Notes: generated by a model not told the origin, from the sequence alone. Positions 48,691 to 58,726 are shown, counted from the first letter of the stretch. The stretch is 64,000 bases of DNA from Longimicrobiales bacterium (GCA_041690395.1 JAWLHJ010000004.1:160001-224000); one strand, 5' to 3'. Numbers and translations: made by a program.

Positions 48691-49574
48691 CCTTCTTTGG
48701 CCGGCAGGACGATTCCGATCTGAGCCCCGGGAAAGGGCGCGAGATGCTCGACCATGGGGGGCGAGTCGTCCCAGCTCGGGACCTGCGCGATGCGCGCCGT
48801 TCCGCTGCGCACCGAAATCGATCCGTTCCACCGTTGCACCTGCCGCCGCATCTGCTGAATGCCCTGGCCGCGCCCCGAATCCGGAAAGCGCGTGAGGCCA
48901 TGTAGGAACGCGGCCTCGAGCGCGGTCGCGTCGCCCCAGCGGTCGCCGTAGCGCGCCGAGTGCTGATCGCCGAGCGAACCCCGGAAGCCCCGACCCACGT
49001 CCATGACCGAGATCACCACGACGTAGCGCCCGAGCCTCCTGGCCCAGTTGTACGCCTGGGCCGCGACCCAACCCTCGGACTCGGAGTGCTCGAGGATGTT
49101 CTGGCAGACCTCGGAGAGGATCACCGAGAACTGTACGACGGCGCTCGGCGGATATCCGAGCCTGGACGACAGGATCTCCCCCGCCCCCCGCTGGACCCGG
49201 TCCACCACGGCGTGCACGTCGGCGTTGGCCGCGATCCGGGTGATCTCGAGGAGGACGTCCGAGCCGCCGGCCGAGGGTCGACGACCGGAACGCTTGGAGA
49301 CCTCGAAGACCTCCTGGGCCTGCTCGAAGAAGCCCATGCGGGCGAGGTACCCGGTCACGTCGGCACTCTCGGGCGGCTCGAGCCGCGGACGCTCCTCGCT
49401 CCCGCGCCCGGCCACTGCCCCCGCCACGAGCAGCGCGACCATGCCGTTCGGGTCCACCCAACGGACGTGGCGCGCGTCGAAAAGCGTGCGCTCGGCGTCC
49501 AGTCGCGAAACCTCGTCGAAGAATCCATCGACCGTCTGCTGGTCGAGGGACCCGGGGACCGACACCACCTTCAT
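48687..49574 (-). CDS. STAS-like domain fused to a GHKL (HATPase_c) kinase-like domain
   Basis: N-box SEVCQNILEHS, G1 DVGRG, G2 GRGQG; N-terminal FDARHVRWVDPNG; no H-box. Confidence 0.75.
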   Translation of the reverse strand: MKVVSVPGSLDQQTVDGFFDEVSRLDAERTLFDARHVRWVDPNGMVALLVAGAVAGRGSEERPRLEPPESADVTGYLARMGFFEQAQEVFEVSKRSGRRPSAGGSDVLLEITRIAANADVHAVVDRVQRGAGEILSSRLGYPPSAVVQFSVILSEVCQNILEHSESEGWVAAQAYNWARRLGRYVVVISVMDVGRGFRGSLGDQHSARYGDRWGDATALEAAFLHGLTRFPDSGRGQGIQQMRRQVQRWNGSISVRSGTARIAQVPSWDDSPPMVEHLAPFPGAQIGIVLPAKEG

Positions 49575-50572
49575 CGGCGCTCCTCCACGTGTGAGAGTCG
49601 TCCGGCCAGATGCCGGTACAGGCCTCGCGCGCCCCGGTGGCCGACGTTCAGCGCGGCCAGACGGTTCGCTTCCCGCATGGCGTCTTCCACGGGATCTCCG
49701 GCGAGAAGTCGCGCGAAGGTCGTGGCGCCCCAGACATCGCCGCACCCCGTCGGGTCGCCGTCTCTGGCCGCTCCATCCAACGGGACCCGTCCGCTCCGGG
49801 AGCGTGGCGCCCGTCTCACACGCCCCTCCGTGCGCCACAGCATGGGATCCGCCGCGAGATCCTGGTTCACCACGTACGCCGCGCCGCGCCCACCGAGCGT
49901 CACGGCCAGGAGCTTCAGCTCCGGGCCCATCGCCTCGGCGGCGAGCACCCACGGGTCGCCCGACGCACCGAGCCTGCCGAACTCGTCCTCGTTCATCTGC
50001 ACGGCGTCGAAGCATCGCATCCACGCCACCCACGCCTCGAGCGGACGAGGCACGCGCGTGCCCGACCGCGTGATGCCGAGAAAGAGCGAGTGGAGGTCCG
50101 CCCAGGTCGGGCCTCCGTACCCCATGTGGAGGGCGCGGGCCGTCTCGAGCTCCATCTCGAAGCCGGAGATGAAGTTGACGTAGAGCGCGTCGCTCAGCTC
50201 CGTGAACGGCGACAGCTCTGGCCACGTCCACGGCGGCACGCCGCCATGCATGCGCTCGGTGCGACGAGCCGTGTCCTCGTAACGGAGCTCGACGCGGTTG
50301 TTCGGCTCGGGGACCACCACGATGCCGCGGTCGTCCACCCGGGGGATCTCCAGCAGGAACCGCCGGCCCTCCTCGGCGAGGTCCCGCCCGACCTTCACGA
50401 TGGGGAGGATCCGCCAGTCGTCCGGGAGCGCGGCGCTGAGCGCGGAGAGGGCGTAGGCGATGCCGCCCCACTCCTCGACCGGCTCGCTCCGGCTGTCCCG
50501 GTCGAAGATCCGGTCCCAGATCAGGGTGCCGACCACGCCGAGCGTGCGGGCCTCGTCGGCCGACAACGTCAC
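49571..50572 (-). CDS. PfkB/ribokinase-family carbohydrate kinase
   Basis: WGGIAY, QMNEDE, VTLGGRG and anion-hole DPTGCGD motifs. Confidence 0.8.
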   Translation of the reverse strand: MTLSADEARTLGVVGTLIWDRIFDRDSRSEPVEEWGGIAYALSALSAALPDDWRILPIVKVGRDLAEEGRRFLLEIPRVDDRGIVVVPEPNNRVELRYEDTARRTERMHGGVPPWTWPELSPFTELSDALYVNFISGFEMELETARALHMGYGGPTWADLHSLFLGITRSGTRVPRPLEAWVAWMRCFDAVQMNEDEFGRLGASGDPWVLAAEAMGPELKLLAVTLGGRGAAYVVNQDLAADPMLWRTEGRVRRAPRSRSGRVPLDGAARDGDPTGCGDVWGATTFARLLAGDPVEDAMREANRLAALNVGHRGARGLYRHLAGRLSHVEERR

Positions 50573-51555
50573 GACGCGGCCTCCGTCTCGGACACGAAGA
50601 CGCCGACCGCTCCGATCACCCCTGCGGTCTCGGGAAGCTCCCCGGCCACGATCGTGCAGGCACGCGCGGCCCAGTCGAAGGCCCTCCGTCGGACTTCGGA
50701 GCGCAGCGGACCCATCAGGTGCTCGCCCGCCCGGGTCACGCCGCCGACCAGCACGACCCGCTCCGGATTCAGCACGTTGACGAGGTTGGCGATTCCCGCC
50801 GCCAGGAACTTCGCCGTCTCGAGCATGACCTCCTGGGCGTAGGCGTCGCCGCCGACCAGCGCTTCGTACACCGTGAGCGCCGTGATCGAGGAGAGGTCGC
50901 CGTCGACCAACTCCGGAATCGACGATCGGTATCCGACCTCGATCCCCTCCCGCGCGCGGGCCGCGATGTTCGGCCCGGACGCGTACGCTTCGAGGCAGCC
51001 GTAGTTGCCGCAGGCGCAGCGCCGGCCGTGCAGGTCGATCGTCATGTGCCCGACCTCGCCCGCCGAGCCGGAGGCGCCGCGCACCAGCTTGCCGTCGAGG
51101 ACGATCCCGCCGCCGATACCGGTGCCGAGGGTCAGCCCGACGAGCGAGCGCACCCCCCGCCCCGCCCCCATCCACCACTCGCCGTAGGTGGCGCAGTTGG
51201 CGTCGTTGTCGAGCGTGGCCGGCAGGTCGAGCGCGTCGGAGATCCGGTCGCGAATAGGGTAGCCGTCCCAGCCGAGGTTCGGCGTCTCGACGACCACACC
51301 GGCGTCGAGGTCGAGCGGCCCCGGACAGCCGATCCCCACCCCCACCACGTCGGCCCGCGTGCCCCCGTGTCGCGAGAGCGTCTCCTCGATGGCGGCGTCG
51401 ACCATGCGCGCCACGTCCGTGACCGCCGCGTCTCCACCCCGCGCGGGCTCCGTCGCCCGGGAGCGCAGTCCCTCGGGAGGGCCGCCCTCCGCGGGCACGA
51501 CCCCGACGACGAGGTTCGTCCCGCCGATGTCGACACCGACGACCCAGCGGCTCAC
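50569..51555 (-). CDS. ROK family kinase (glucokinase-like)
   Basis: GVDIGGT, DNDANCA, GTGIGGG, GEVGH and zinc motif CACGNYGCLE. Confidence 0.92.
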   Translation of the reverse strand: MSRWVVGVDIGGTNLVVGVVPAEGGPPEGLRSRATEPARGGDAAVTDVARMVDAAIEETLSRHGGTRADVVGVGIGCPGPLDLDAGVVVETPNLGWDGYPIRDRISDALDLPATLDNDANCATYGEWWMGAGRGVRSLVGLTLGTGIGGGIVLDGKLVRGASGSAGEVGHMTIDLHGRRCACGNYGCLEAYASGPNIAARAREGIEVGYRSSIPELVDGDLSSITALTVYEALVGGDAYAQEVMLETAKFLAAGIANLVNVLNPERVVLVGGVTRAGEHLMGPLRSEVRRRAFDWAARACTIVAGELPETAGVIGAVGVFVSETEAAS

Positions 51556-51571
51556 GGGCGGCGCTCCGCGG

Positions 51572-52603
51572 TCAACGCGCGGTCTCCTGGAGCGCCCGCT
51601 CGGTCGCGGCGGCGACGTCGTCGATGGCGATGAGCTTCATGCACTCCTCATGCGCTTCGGAAAGCAGCGTACCAGCGCCCTTGCGGGGGCAGTGGTTCCG
51701 GTAGCAGGGCTTGCAGGGCAGATCGGCGCCGGTCACACCGAAGTCCGGCGCGCCCGTCTGGCGGACCTCGTTCGGATCGGACGACCCCCACAGGCTCACG
51801 GTAGGGGTCCCCACCGCGCCGGCAAGGTGCATCGGGCCCGTGTCGTTGGTGACGAGCAGGTCCACGACCGCCAGAACGGCCGCGAGATCGTCGATGCCGG
51901 TCCGTCCGCCGAGGTCGACGCAGCCCGGCGCGGCGGCGGCGACCCGGGCGGTCTGCGCCCGCTCGCCCGGCCCGCCGATGACGATCACCCGGTCTCCGGC
52001 CCGCACGCGTGCCTTCGCCAACTCCGCGAAGCGCTCCAGCGGCCACCGTCGGGCCGGCGCGTTGGCGCCGGGAAAGAGCCCGACCAGTCGGCGGCTCCCG
52101 TCCCGCAGCTCACCGCTCCATCGCGCGACCAGAGCGTCCGGCACCTCGAGTCGGTGCGAGATCGGCTCCACGTCCGTGTCCTGGCCGAGGAGCAGGCGGT
52201 ACTGGTTGATCCGGTGGAGCGACCAGAGCTCCGCGGCGTCGATCCGGTCACTGAGCATCCAGGTGCGCGAGTCGGTCGCGGTCCCGCGAAGCTCTCCCAC
52301 CCCGCCCCACCGCAGCATCCACGCAGCGGAGAAGGACGGCGTCATGAGCATGCCGCGCCGGTAGCCGCGTCCGCGGAGCATGCGCACGGCGGCCCTCCAT
52401 CCCCGGAAACCCCGCTCGAACGTGAGCACTCGCCCCGGACCCAGCGCCATCTCCAGGATGGGTGCGAGGCCGCGCACGACCAGGACGTCGGCCGATTCGG
52501 CCACCAGCGCGGGGAGCGCCAGGACGACGTCGCCCAGATGGTTCGGCGCGCGAATGATGGTCGAGCGGGTCCGGCCGCCCCCGGTCCCGGCCACCTCGCT
52601 CAC
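51572..52603 (-). CDS. waaF: Lipopolysaccharide heptosyltransferase II (GT9)
   Basis: RAPNHLGD, PGA...ARRWP, DLGGRT and NDTGPMHLA motifs. Confidence 0.85.
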   Translation of the reverse strand: MSEVAGTGGGRTRSTIIRAPNHLGDVVLALPALVAESADVLVVRGLAPILEMALGPGRVLTFERGFRGWRAAVRMLRGRGYRRGMLMTPSFSAAWMLRWGGVGELRGTATDSRTWMLSDRIDAAELWSLHRINQYRLLLGQDTDVEPISHRLEVPDALVARWSGELRDGSRRLVGLFPGANAPARRWPLERFAELAKARVRAGDRVIVIGGPGERAQTARVAAAAPGCVDLGGRTGIDDLAAVLAVVDLLVTNDTGPMHLAGAVGTPTVSLWGSSDPNEVRQTGAPDFGVTGADLPCKPCYRNHCPRKGAGTLLSEAHEECMKLIAIDDVAAATERALQETAR

Positions 52604-52605
52604 CG

Positions 52606-54408
52606 TCAGTCCGAGCCCAGGTTCAGCACCGCCAGGAACGCCTCCTGGGGGATCTCCACCGAGCCGACCGCCTTCATGCGCTTCTTCCCCTCCTTCTGCT
52701 TCTCCAAAAGCTTCCGCTTTCGGCTGATGTCGCCGCCGTAGCACTTCGCGGTCACGTTCTTCCTGAGCGCCTGAACGTTGCTCCGGGCGATCACGTTGTT
52801 CCCGATGGTAGCCTGTAGTGCGACCTGGAACTGCTGCCGGGGGATCAGCTCCTTGAGCTTGCTCACGAGGTCACGGCCGTACTCGTACGCCTTGTCCTCG
52901 TGGATGATGACGCTGAAGGCGTCCACCGGATCGCCGTTGAGGAGGATGTCGAGCCGGACGAGGTCGTCCTCCCGGTACTCGAGGAACTCGTAGTCCAGCG
53001 CGGCATACCCGCGAGTCCCGCTCTTGAGCCGGTCGTAGAAGTCGAGCACGATCTCGGAGAGCGGCAGCTCGAAGTCGATCTCCACACGCTGCGTGTCGAG
53101 ATAGCTCATCCCCTTGAAGACGCCTCGCCGCTCGTGGCAGAGCTTCTGGACGTTCCCGATGTACTCGGACGGGCACAGGATACGCGCACGCACGATGGGC
53201 TCCGAGATGCTGTCGATCTTCCCGGGGGGCGGCAGCGCCGTGGGGCTCTCGATCTCGAGCTCGGTCCCGTCCGTGAGCTTCACGTGGTACTCCACGTTCG
53301 GAACGGTGGTGATCAGCTCGACACCGAACTCGCGGTCCAGCCGTTCCTGGACGATCTCCATGTGCAGGAGCCCCAGGAAGCCGCACCGGAACCCGAAGCC
53401 GAGCGCGACGGAGGTCTCCGGCTCGTACTGCAGGCTCGCGTCGTTGAGCTTCAGCCGCTCGAGCGCGTCACGCAGCTCCTCGTACTCGTCCGAATCCGTC
53501 GGGTACAGGCCGGCGAAGACCATCGGGCGAGCCTCCTGGTATCCGGGCAGGAGCGTCGTCGCGCGATTGTCCGCGTCGAGGATCGTGTCGCCGACCTTGG
53601 TGTCGCCGACCTCCTTGATCGCCGCGACCACGTATCCGACCTCTCCCGGTCCGAGCTCCTTCGTCTGGACCCGGCCGAGCTTCATGTGCCCGACCTCGGT
53701 GATCTCGTACTTGGCTTCCGCGTTTCCGAAGGCGATACGCATGCCCGGGCGGAGCTTGCCGTCCATGACGCGGACGGAGGGCACGGCGCCCAGGTACTTG
53801 TCGTAGTACGAGTCGAAGATGAGCGCGCGGAGCGGGGCGTCCGGATCACCTTCGGGCGGAGGGACCCTCTCGACGACCGCTTCGAGGATCTCGGGGATCC
53901 CGATCCCTTCCTTGGCGCTGGCCAACAGCACGGAGTCCGGGTCCACCCCCAGGAGGTCGGCGATCTCGTCCCGACGCTTCTCCGGCTCCGCCCCCGGCAG
54001 GTCGATCTTGTTCACCACGGGGATGATCTCGAGGTCCGCATCGAGCGCCAGGAACAGGTTGGACAGCGTCTGCGCCTGCACGCCCTGGGTGGCGTCGACC
54101 ACCAAGATGGCCCCCTCGCACGCCGCCAGGGAGCGCGAGACCTCGTAGGTGAAGTCCACGTGCCCGGGCGTGTCGATCAGATTGAGCTGGTACTCCCGCC
54201 CGTCCTGTGCCTTATACGCCATGCGCACGGCGTGGAGCTTGATCGTGATGCCACGCTCGCGCTCGAGCTCGTTGTCGTCGAGCACCTGCTCGCGCATGCG
54301 ACGCTGGTCGAGGGTGCTGGTGCCCTCGAGCAGTCGGTCCGCGAGCGTCGACTTGCCGTGGTCGATGTGCGCGACGATGCAGAAGTTCCGGATGTTGGCA
54401 ATTTGCAC
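52606..54408 (-). CDS. lepA: Elongation factor 4
   Basis: [39 protein letters not shown] and KCYGGD; GTG start at 54408. Confidence 0.98.
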   Translation of the reverse strand: MQIANIRNFCIVAHIDHGKSTLADRLLEGTSTLDQRRMREQVLDDNELERERGITIKLHAVRMAYKAQDGREYQLNLIDTPGHVDFTYEVSRSLAACEGAILVVDATQGVQAQTLSNLFLALDADLEIIPVVNKIDLPGAEPEKRRDEIADLLGVDPDSVLLASAKEGIGIPEILEAVVERVPPPEGDPDAPLRALIFDSYYDKYLGAVPSVRVMDGKLRPGMRIAFGNAEAKYEITEVGHMKLGRVQTKELGPGEVGYVVAAIKEVGDTKVGDTILDADNRATTLLPGYQEARPMVFAGLYPTDSDEYEELRDALERLKLNDASLQYEPETSVALGFGFRCGFLGLLHMEIVQERLDREFGVELITTVPNVEYHVKLTDGTELEIESPTALPPPGKIDSISEPIVRARILCPSEYIGNVQKLCHERRGVFKGMSYLDTQRVEIDFELPLSEIVLDFYDRLKSGTRGYAALDYEFLEYREDDLVRLDILLNGDPVDAFSVIIHEDKAYEYGRDLVSKLKELIPRQQFQVALQATIGNNVIARSNVQALRKNVTAKCYGGDISRKRKLLEKQKEGKKRMKAVGSVEIPQEAFLAVLNLGSD

Positions 54409-54446
54409 GGAAAGGAGTGCCGAATGAGTGAACGGAAGAGTCCGAA

Positions 54447-54475
54447 AAGCTAACGCAGGGGTCGAACCCCTCGAA
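54447..54475 (-). promoter_or_regulatory. Sigma70-type promoter for lepA
   Basis: TTCGAG-N17-TAGCTT. Confidence 0.45.
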
Positions 54476-54536
54476 GTGCCCCGGTCCGGACAGGGGCGCG
54501 GACGAGGGGCAACCCTCCTTGCGGCCCGCAGGCTCA

Positions 54537-54561
54537 TAAGCACCTGTTGTGCAACCGCTTA
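54537..54561. promoter_or_regulatory. Palindromic site with IHF-like half sites
   Basis: TAAGCACCTGTTGTGCAACCGCTTA; CAR-N4-TTA on both strands. Confidence 0.4.
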
Positions 54562-54648
54562 ACCGGACCAGTCGGGCACGCTCATGCCCGGAGCGGTCCG
54601 GTCGCCGCCCACCCGATCACCTGGGGACCTCTTCCCCCCGCGCGCCTA

Positions 54649-54665
54649 CCGGTACGTCCCTTGCT
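54649..54665 (+). promoter_or_regulatory. Sigma54-like promoter
   Basis: CCGGTACG-TCCC-TTGCT; GG-N10-GC spacing intact, two mismatches to consensus. Confidence 0.5.
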
Positions 54666-54776
54666 TCCGGCGAGCCCGCCCCCGGTCGACGCCCAGGCCT
54701 CGCCGGGAGCACCCGGAATCGCCGGATCCTCGCTGGCGCCCCCCAAGAACCCAATGACCGTATCACGGAGTCACCT

Positions 54777-55793
54777 ATGAATTCTCCGCGCGCGCTGTTC
54801 GCGGCCGCGGCGACCATCGTCACGCTCTCGGCCTGCGACGTTCCGACCGAGCCCCCGATGTTCGAGCCGCGCTGGATCATCCCCGTCGAAGAGACCTCGC
54901 TCTCGGTCGACGAGCTCCTTCCCGCGAACGTCGCGGTGTCGGGCGACGCTTTCGACGTTTCCGTCGATCCCGTCTCGGCGCTCGAGACGCTCGGCGACCT
55001 GTGCCCCGGCTGCGCGGCCGCCGACGGCATGGTCGCGCCGGTGCCCGCCTTCAACGGCTCCTTCGTGTCGACCCAGGGCCTCCCGGCCGACGTCGCATCC
55101 GCGGAGGTGTCCGGCGGCTCCATCGACATCGAGGTCCTCAACGGCTTCACCTTCGATCCGCTCGACAACGGCGGGTCGGTGACGATCTCGATCGCGGACG
55201 ACGTCACCGGCGAGCTGCTGGGCCAGCTCGTCCTGGAGGATCCGACGGACGATCTGCAGCCGAACGTTCCCGTGTTCCGGAGCATTTCGGTCCAGCCCGG
55301 CTCGATCACGGGCCCGATCCGGGCCACCACGACGGTGGACGCCCCCGGCGGGCAGTCGGCGTTCATCGACGTCTCCGACCAGATCCAGGTGACCTCGACG
55401 GTTCAGTCGCTCCTGGTGAGCGCCGTGACGATCGACGTCGGCAACCGGTCGGTCACCCTCGACGAGCAGGAGGTCGAGCTGGAAGACATCGACCAGGAAG
55501 TCGCCGACCGGATCATCGAGGGTTCCATCATCCTGGACATCGACAATCCGTTCGGGGTCAGCCTCGACGGGACCATCGAGATCGGGAGCACGTCGAAGAG
55601 CCTGTCCATCACCGATGCGGAGACGTCGACCGTCACGCTGACCTATACCGGAGAGGAGCTCCGCTCGTTCATCGGCCAGCCCAGCGTGTTCTTCCGCGGC
55701 AGCGGCGTGGCCAACGGCACCGCGGTCACGATCGCACCCGGCCAGGTGATGCTCATCGAAGCGACGCTCGACTTCACGATTCTGATCGGCTGA
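54777..55793 (+). CDS. Acidic, beta-rich lipoprotein
   Basis: Lipobox LSAC; CPGC; V/T/S/D-rich composition. Confidence 0.75.
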   Translation: MNSPRALFAAAATIVTLSACDVPTEPPMFEPRWIIPVEETSLSVDELLPANVAVSGDAFDVSVDPVSALETLGDLCPGCAAADGMVAPVPAFNGSFVSTQGLPADVASAEVSGGSIDIEVLNGFTFDPLDNGGSVTISIADDVTGELLGQLVLEDPTDDLQPNVPVFRSISVQPGSITGPIRATTTVDAPGGQSAFIDVSDQIQVTSTVQSLLVSAVTIDVGNRSVTLDEQEVELEDIDQEVADRIIEGSIILDIDNPFGVSLDGTIEIGSTSKSLSITDAETSTVTLTYTGEELRSFIGQPSVFFRGSGVANGTAVTIAPGQVMLIEATLDFTILIG

Positions 55794-55804
55794 GGAAACG
55801 ACCC

Positions 55805-57100
55805 ATGACCATGAAGCACTTCTTTCGTGTTGTGATGGCGGTGGTCGTGTCCACCGCCGTCCTCGGCGCTCCGCGGACCGCGGACGCCCAGCTCGCCAAC
55901 GCGAGCGCATCGACCCTGGCCCTCTCGGGCGCCACCACGGCGACCGCCCGCGGCTTCGGCGCCATCAGCGTGAATCCGGCCGGGCTCGGCATGCCCGGCT
56001 CCGGGTTCAGCCTGGCCCTCCTCCCCATCCAGGCGCGAGCCGGCCTCGGTCCGGTGACCCTCTCCGACCTCAATGAATACCAGGGCGTGGTCGTACCCGA
56101 CGCCGTGATCGAGGAGTGGCTCACGCGCATCGAGGACGCCGGCGGGCAGTCGGGCCTCGTAGGTGTGGACGTGTCGGGGCTCGCGCTGACTTTCGGGAAC
56201 TTCGGACTGCAGGTCTCGACGACGGCGTCCAGCGACTTCGTCATCCCCGCCGGCGTGGCTGAAGCCTTCATGCAGGGGAACGCCGGCCGCACGGGCGACG
56301 CGACCGATCTGGACCTGACGGACCTCGGGATCGATGCCTTCGCCTCCAGCACGGCGGGCCTCAGCTACGCCTTCCCGGTCGGTCCGGCCATGTTCGGCGT
56401 GACCGGTAAGTACACGGTCGGCCACGGCCTGGCGGTGGCACGCGCCACCTCCGGATCGATTTCGACGGACCCGATCTCCATTTCGCTGGAGAGCCCGGCC
56501 ATCGCGCCCTGCGACGACGCGATTCTCGGAGGGTGCAATGAGAGCATCGGCAACAACGGGAGCGGCTTCGGCGCCGACGTCGGATTCATGATGGAGCTGC
56601 CGATGCTCACGGTCGGAGCGTCCGTCATCAACCTGTTCAACACCTTCTCCTGGGACCTCGCCACGCTGTCGTACCGGCCCGGCACCGCCCAGTATGAAGA
56701 CGGCACGTACGACTCCGAGTTCGACGAGGCTCCGCTCGCCGGAGCCCCCGCGGATATCCGGGCGATCGTCGACGAGTACACATTCAAGCCGACCCTGCGC
56801 GTCGGTGCGGCGATGGACTTTCCGATGGACCTCACCGTCTCGGCGGACATCCACCATCAGGTGAGTGACGAAGGGATCGCCCTCGGACCGCGCTCCCATC
56901 TCGGCGTCGGCGCGGAGTGGCGGGCTTTGAAGCTCATCCATCTCCGGGCCGGCCTCGGGCTCATCACGGGCGGCACGCAGTACAGCGGCGGCGCCTCCCT
57001 CGTGCTCGGCCCGGTGAACCTCTCCGTCGCCGGCGCCGCGCGGAGCGGGGACAACGAGGGTGCGCTCACGCAGTTCACGCTCTCGTTCGGGAACCGCTGA
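55805..57100 (+). CDS. Outer-membrane beta-barrel (FadL/TraF/DUF5723-like)
   Basis: Signal peptide ADA-Q; AISVNPAGL hatch motif; terminal strand QFTLSF. Confidence 0.7.
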   Translation: MTMKHFFRVVMAVVVSTAVLGAPRTADAQLANASASTLALSGATTATARGFGAISVNPAGLGMPGSGFSLALLPIQARAGLGPVTLSDLNEYQGVVVPDAVIEEWLTRIEDAGGQSGLVGVDVSGLALTFGNFGLQVSTTASSDFVIPAGVAEAFMQGNAGRTGDATDLDLTDLGIDAFASSTAGLSYAFPVGPAMFGVTGKYTVGHGLAVARATSGSISTDPISISLESPAIAPCDDAILGGCNESIGNNGSGFGADVGFMMELPMLTVGASVINLFNTFSWDLATLSYRPGTAQYEDGTYDSEFDEAPLAGAPADIRAIVDEYTFKPTLRVGAAMDFPMDLTVSADIHHQVSDEGIALGPRSHLGVGAEWRALKLIHLRAGLGLITGGTQYSGGASLVLGPVNLSVAGAARSGDNEGALTQFTLSFGNR

Positions 57101-57132
57101 CGGGTGAGCCGCATCCCTCGCGGGGTCGGGTG

Positions 57133-57180
57133 AAAAGAAGAGGGCCGGGGCGCGATGCGCGCCCCGGCCCTCGTTTCATT
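57133..57180. terminator. Bidirectional rho-independent terminator
   Basis: AAAAGAA, then GAGGGCCGGGGCGCG / CGCGCCCCGGCCCTC, then GTTTCATT, between convergent genes. Confidence 0.8.
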
Positions 57181-58607
57181 CAGTGGAGCGTCCGGTTCCC
57201 ACCACCACCCGGGCGCCCGGTGGAAGCTCCGCCCCGTGGAGGTCGGGCTCCTCGGGCGGGACGGGTGCCGCGCGGGGGCGGAGCCCCACGCGTCGACGCA
57301 CCTCCTCGCGAAGGCCGTGCTCCGCGGGCCGGCGGTGCCGCTCGAGCGGGACGGGCGACCCGCGGCCGCTCCCGGTCGCCCACACCGGTGCGCGGAGCCG
57401 CCGAGGGTGGCGGCGCGGGCCTGCGCCGGTCCCTGGCCGCCGGCTGCGTCCGCCGGTCGGGTCCCGCCGGTCGGGCGCCAGCCGAAGGCGGGCCGGCAGG
57501 CGCCTTCCCGCGGTCGGCTGCCCGTGGGGTCCCTCGGGTCGGCGCGGTCCGGGCCGACCGACGTGCGTCGGCGGCCTCGGCGGCCGCTGCCGCCGCGCGG
57601 CGGGACGCGGCCGTGCTACCGCGGATACCGGTCGTGACCGGGCGATCTGCCGCCGAGCGCGCGCGGTCCCGGGCGGCCGGCGCACTCCGCGGGGTCGCCG
57701 AACGCGCGGGGACGATCCGCCCGGACGAGGCGCTGCCACGACGCGCCGACGCGTCGGCCGCGGCGCGGCGGCCGGGAGCCTCCTTGAACTCGACCTGCGG
57801 CGCGGGAGCCGACCTCACCCTCACGATGGGCGCCCAGGCCTCGGCGGGCCTCCTCGCGGCGACGTCGTAGCGAGGCCGGTCCGGAATCGGTCTCGGGAAG
57901 ACGACCCGGGTCCCGGCGTAGCGGTAGGCCGGATGGAAGTAGGGATCGTCGTAGATCACCACACGATAGGTGGAGCAGACGGTCTCGTAGGGATTCCACT
58001 CGGCGAACGTGCGGTAGGTATGACAGTCGTAACAGAGGAATCTGGGATAGCTGCGGGGCTCGTCCACGTGGTACGTGGCGAAGTCGAGCCCGTACGGCAC
58101 GTCCTGCCACCCCGGCACGATCGCCATGATGAAGTCGTCCATGGCGACGTAGGGATCGTCGTACACCACGCTCCCGACCGCCGACAGGTCCCATCCGAAA
58201 TCCCGATGGTACCGGAACGCGCTGAAGTCGAGGGGCTCGGGTGAGGCGACGAGGAACATGTACCCGACGCCCGGATCGTCCGCGACCATCCAATAGGGCG
58301 AGCGGGCGAGCACCAACTGGTGGTCGCGCCGTCCTCTCACGAAGCCGTCGTCGCCGGGTTGGGACGGGGAGACCAGGCGCACCCGACCGTCCGTGTCGAT
58401 CTGGAACACCGCCGCGTAGGCGTCTTCCGATGTCCGGTAGCGGATCCGCACGCGCTCGCCGCGGCGCACCACCGGCTCCTCGCCGTCTCCGAGCCAGAGC
58501 CGCGCCTCGACGACGTCCTCGTCCGCGGCCGTCTGAGCCGCTACCGGACCGCTCGCCAGGGCGACGAGCGTCGCTCCCGCGAGCCCCAGCAACATGCGGT
58601 ATCCCAT
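57180..58607 (-). CDS. Exported DUF4384-like protein with CXXCH motif and R/A/P/G-rich tail
   Basis: Signal peptide VAA-Q; GERVRIRY, DAY, IDTDGRVRL and VASPEPL; CYDCH; GGAGG RBS. Confidence 0.75.
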   Translation of the reverse strand: MGYRMLLGLAGATLVALASGPVAAQTAADEDVVEARLWLGDGEEPVVRRGERVRIRYRTSEDAYAAVFQIDTDGRVRLVSPSQPGDDGFVRGRRDHQLVLARSPYWMVADDPGVGYMFLVASPEPLDFSAFRYHRDFGWDLSAVGSVVYDDPYVAMDDFIMAIVPGWQDVPYGLDFATYHVDEPRSYPRFLCYDCHTYRTFAEWNPYETVCSTYRVVIYDDPYFHPAYRYAGTRVVFPRPIPDRPRYDVAARRPAEAWAPIVRVRSAPAPQVEFKEAPGRRAAADASARRGSASSGRIVPARSATPRSAPAARDRARSAADRPVTTGIRGSTAASRRAAAAAAEAADARRSARTAPTRGTPRAADRGKAPAGPPSAGARPAGPDRRTQPAARDRRRPAPPPSAAPRTGVGDRERPRVARPARAAPPARGARPSRGGASTRGAPPPRGTRPARGARPPRGGASTGRPGGGGNRTLH

Positions 58608-58726
58608 GCCTTCCCTCCTGCCTGCCTGACCGATCGACGCACTACTCTACACGGGGATCGCCGCGAAGGTCACGCCGCGGGCCGCCCACGGGGCTCGCAC
58701 CGCCGCTCCCGGGCGACCACCGACCG

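Noticed and set aside
58640..58675. Fourth ECF promoter upstream of the DUF4384 gene (GTGACC...TGTAG)
   Set aside because: Differs from GAAAC-N17-CGTAGG in both elements; it may belong to another sigma but is unsupported here.
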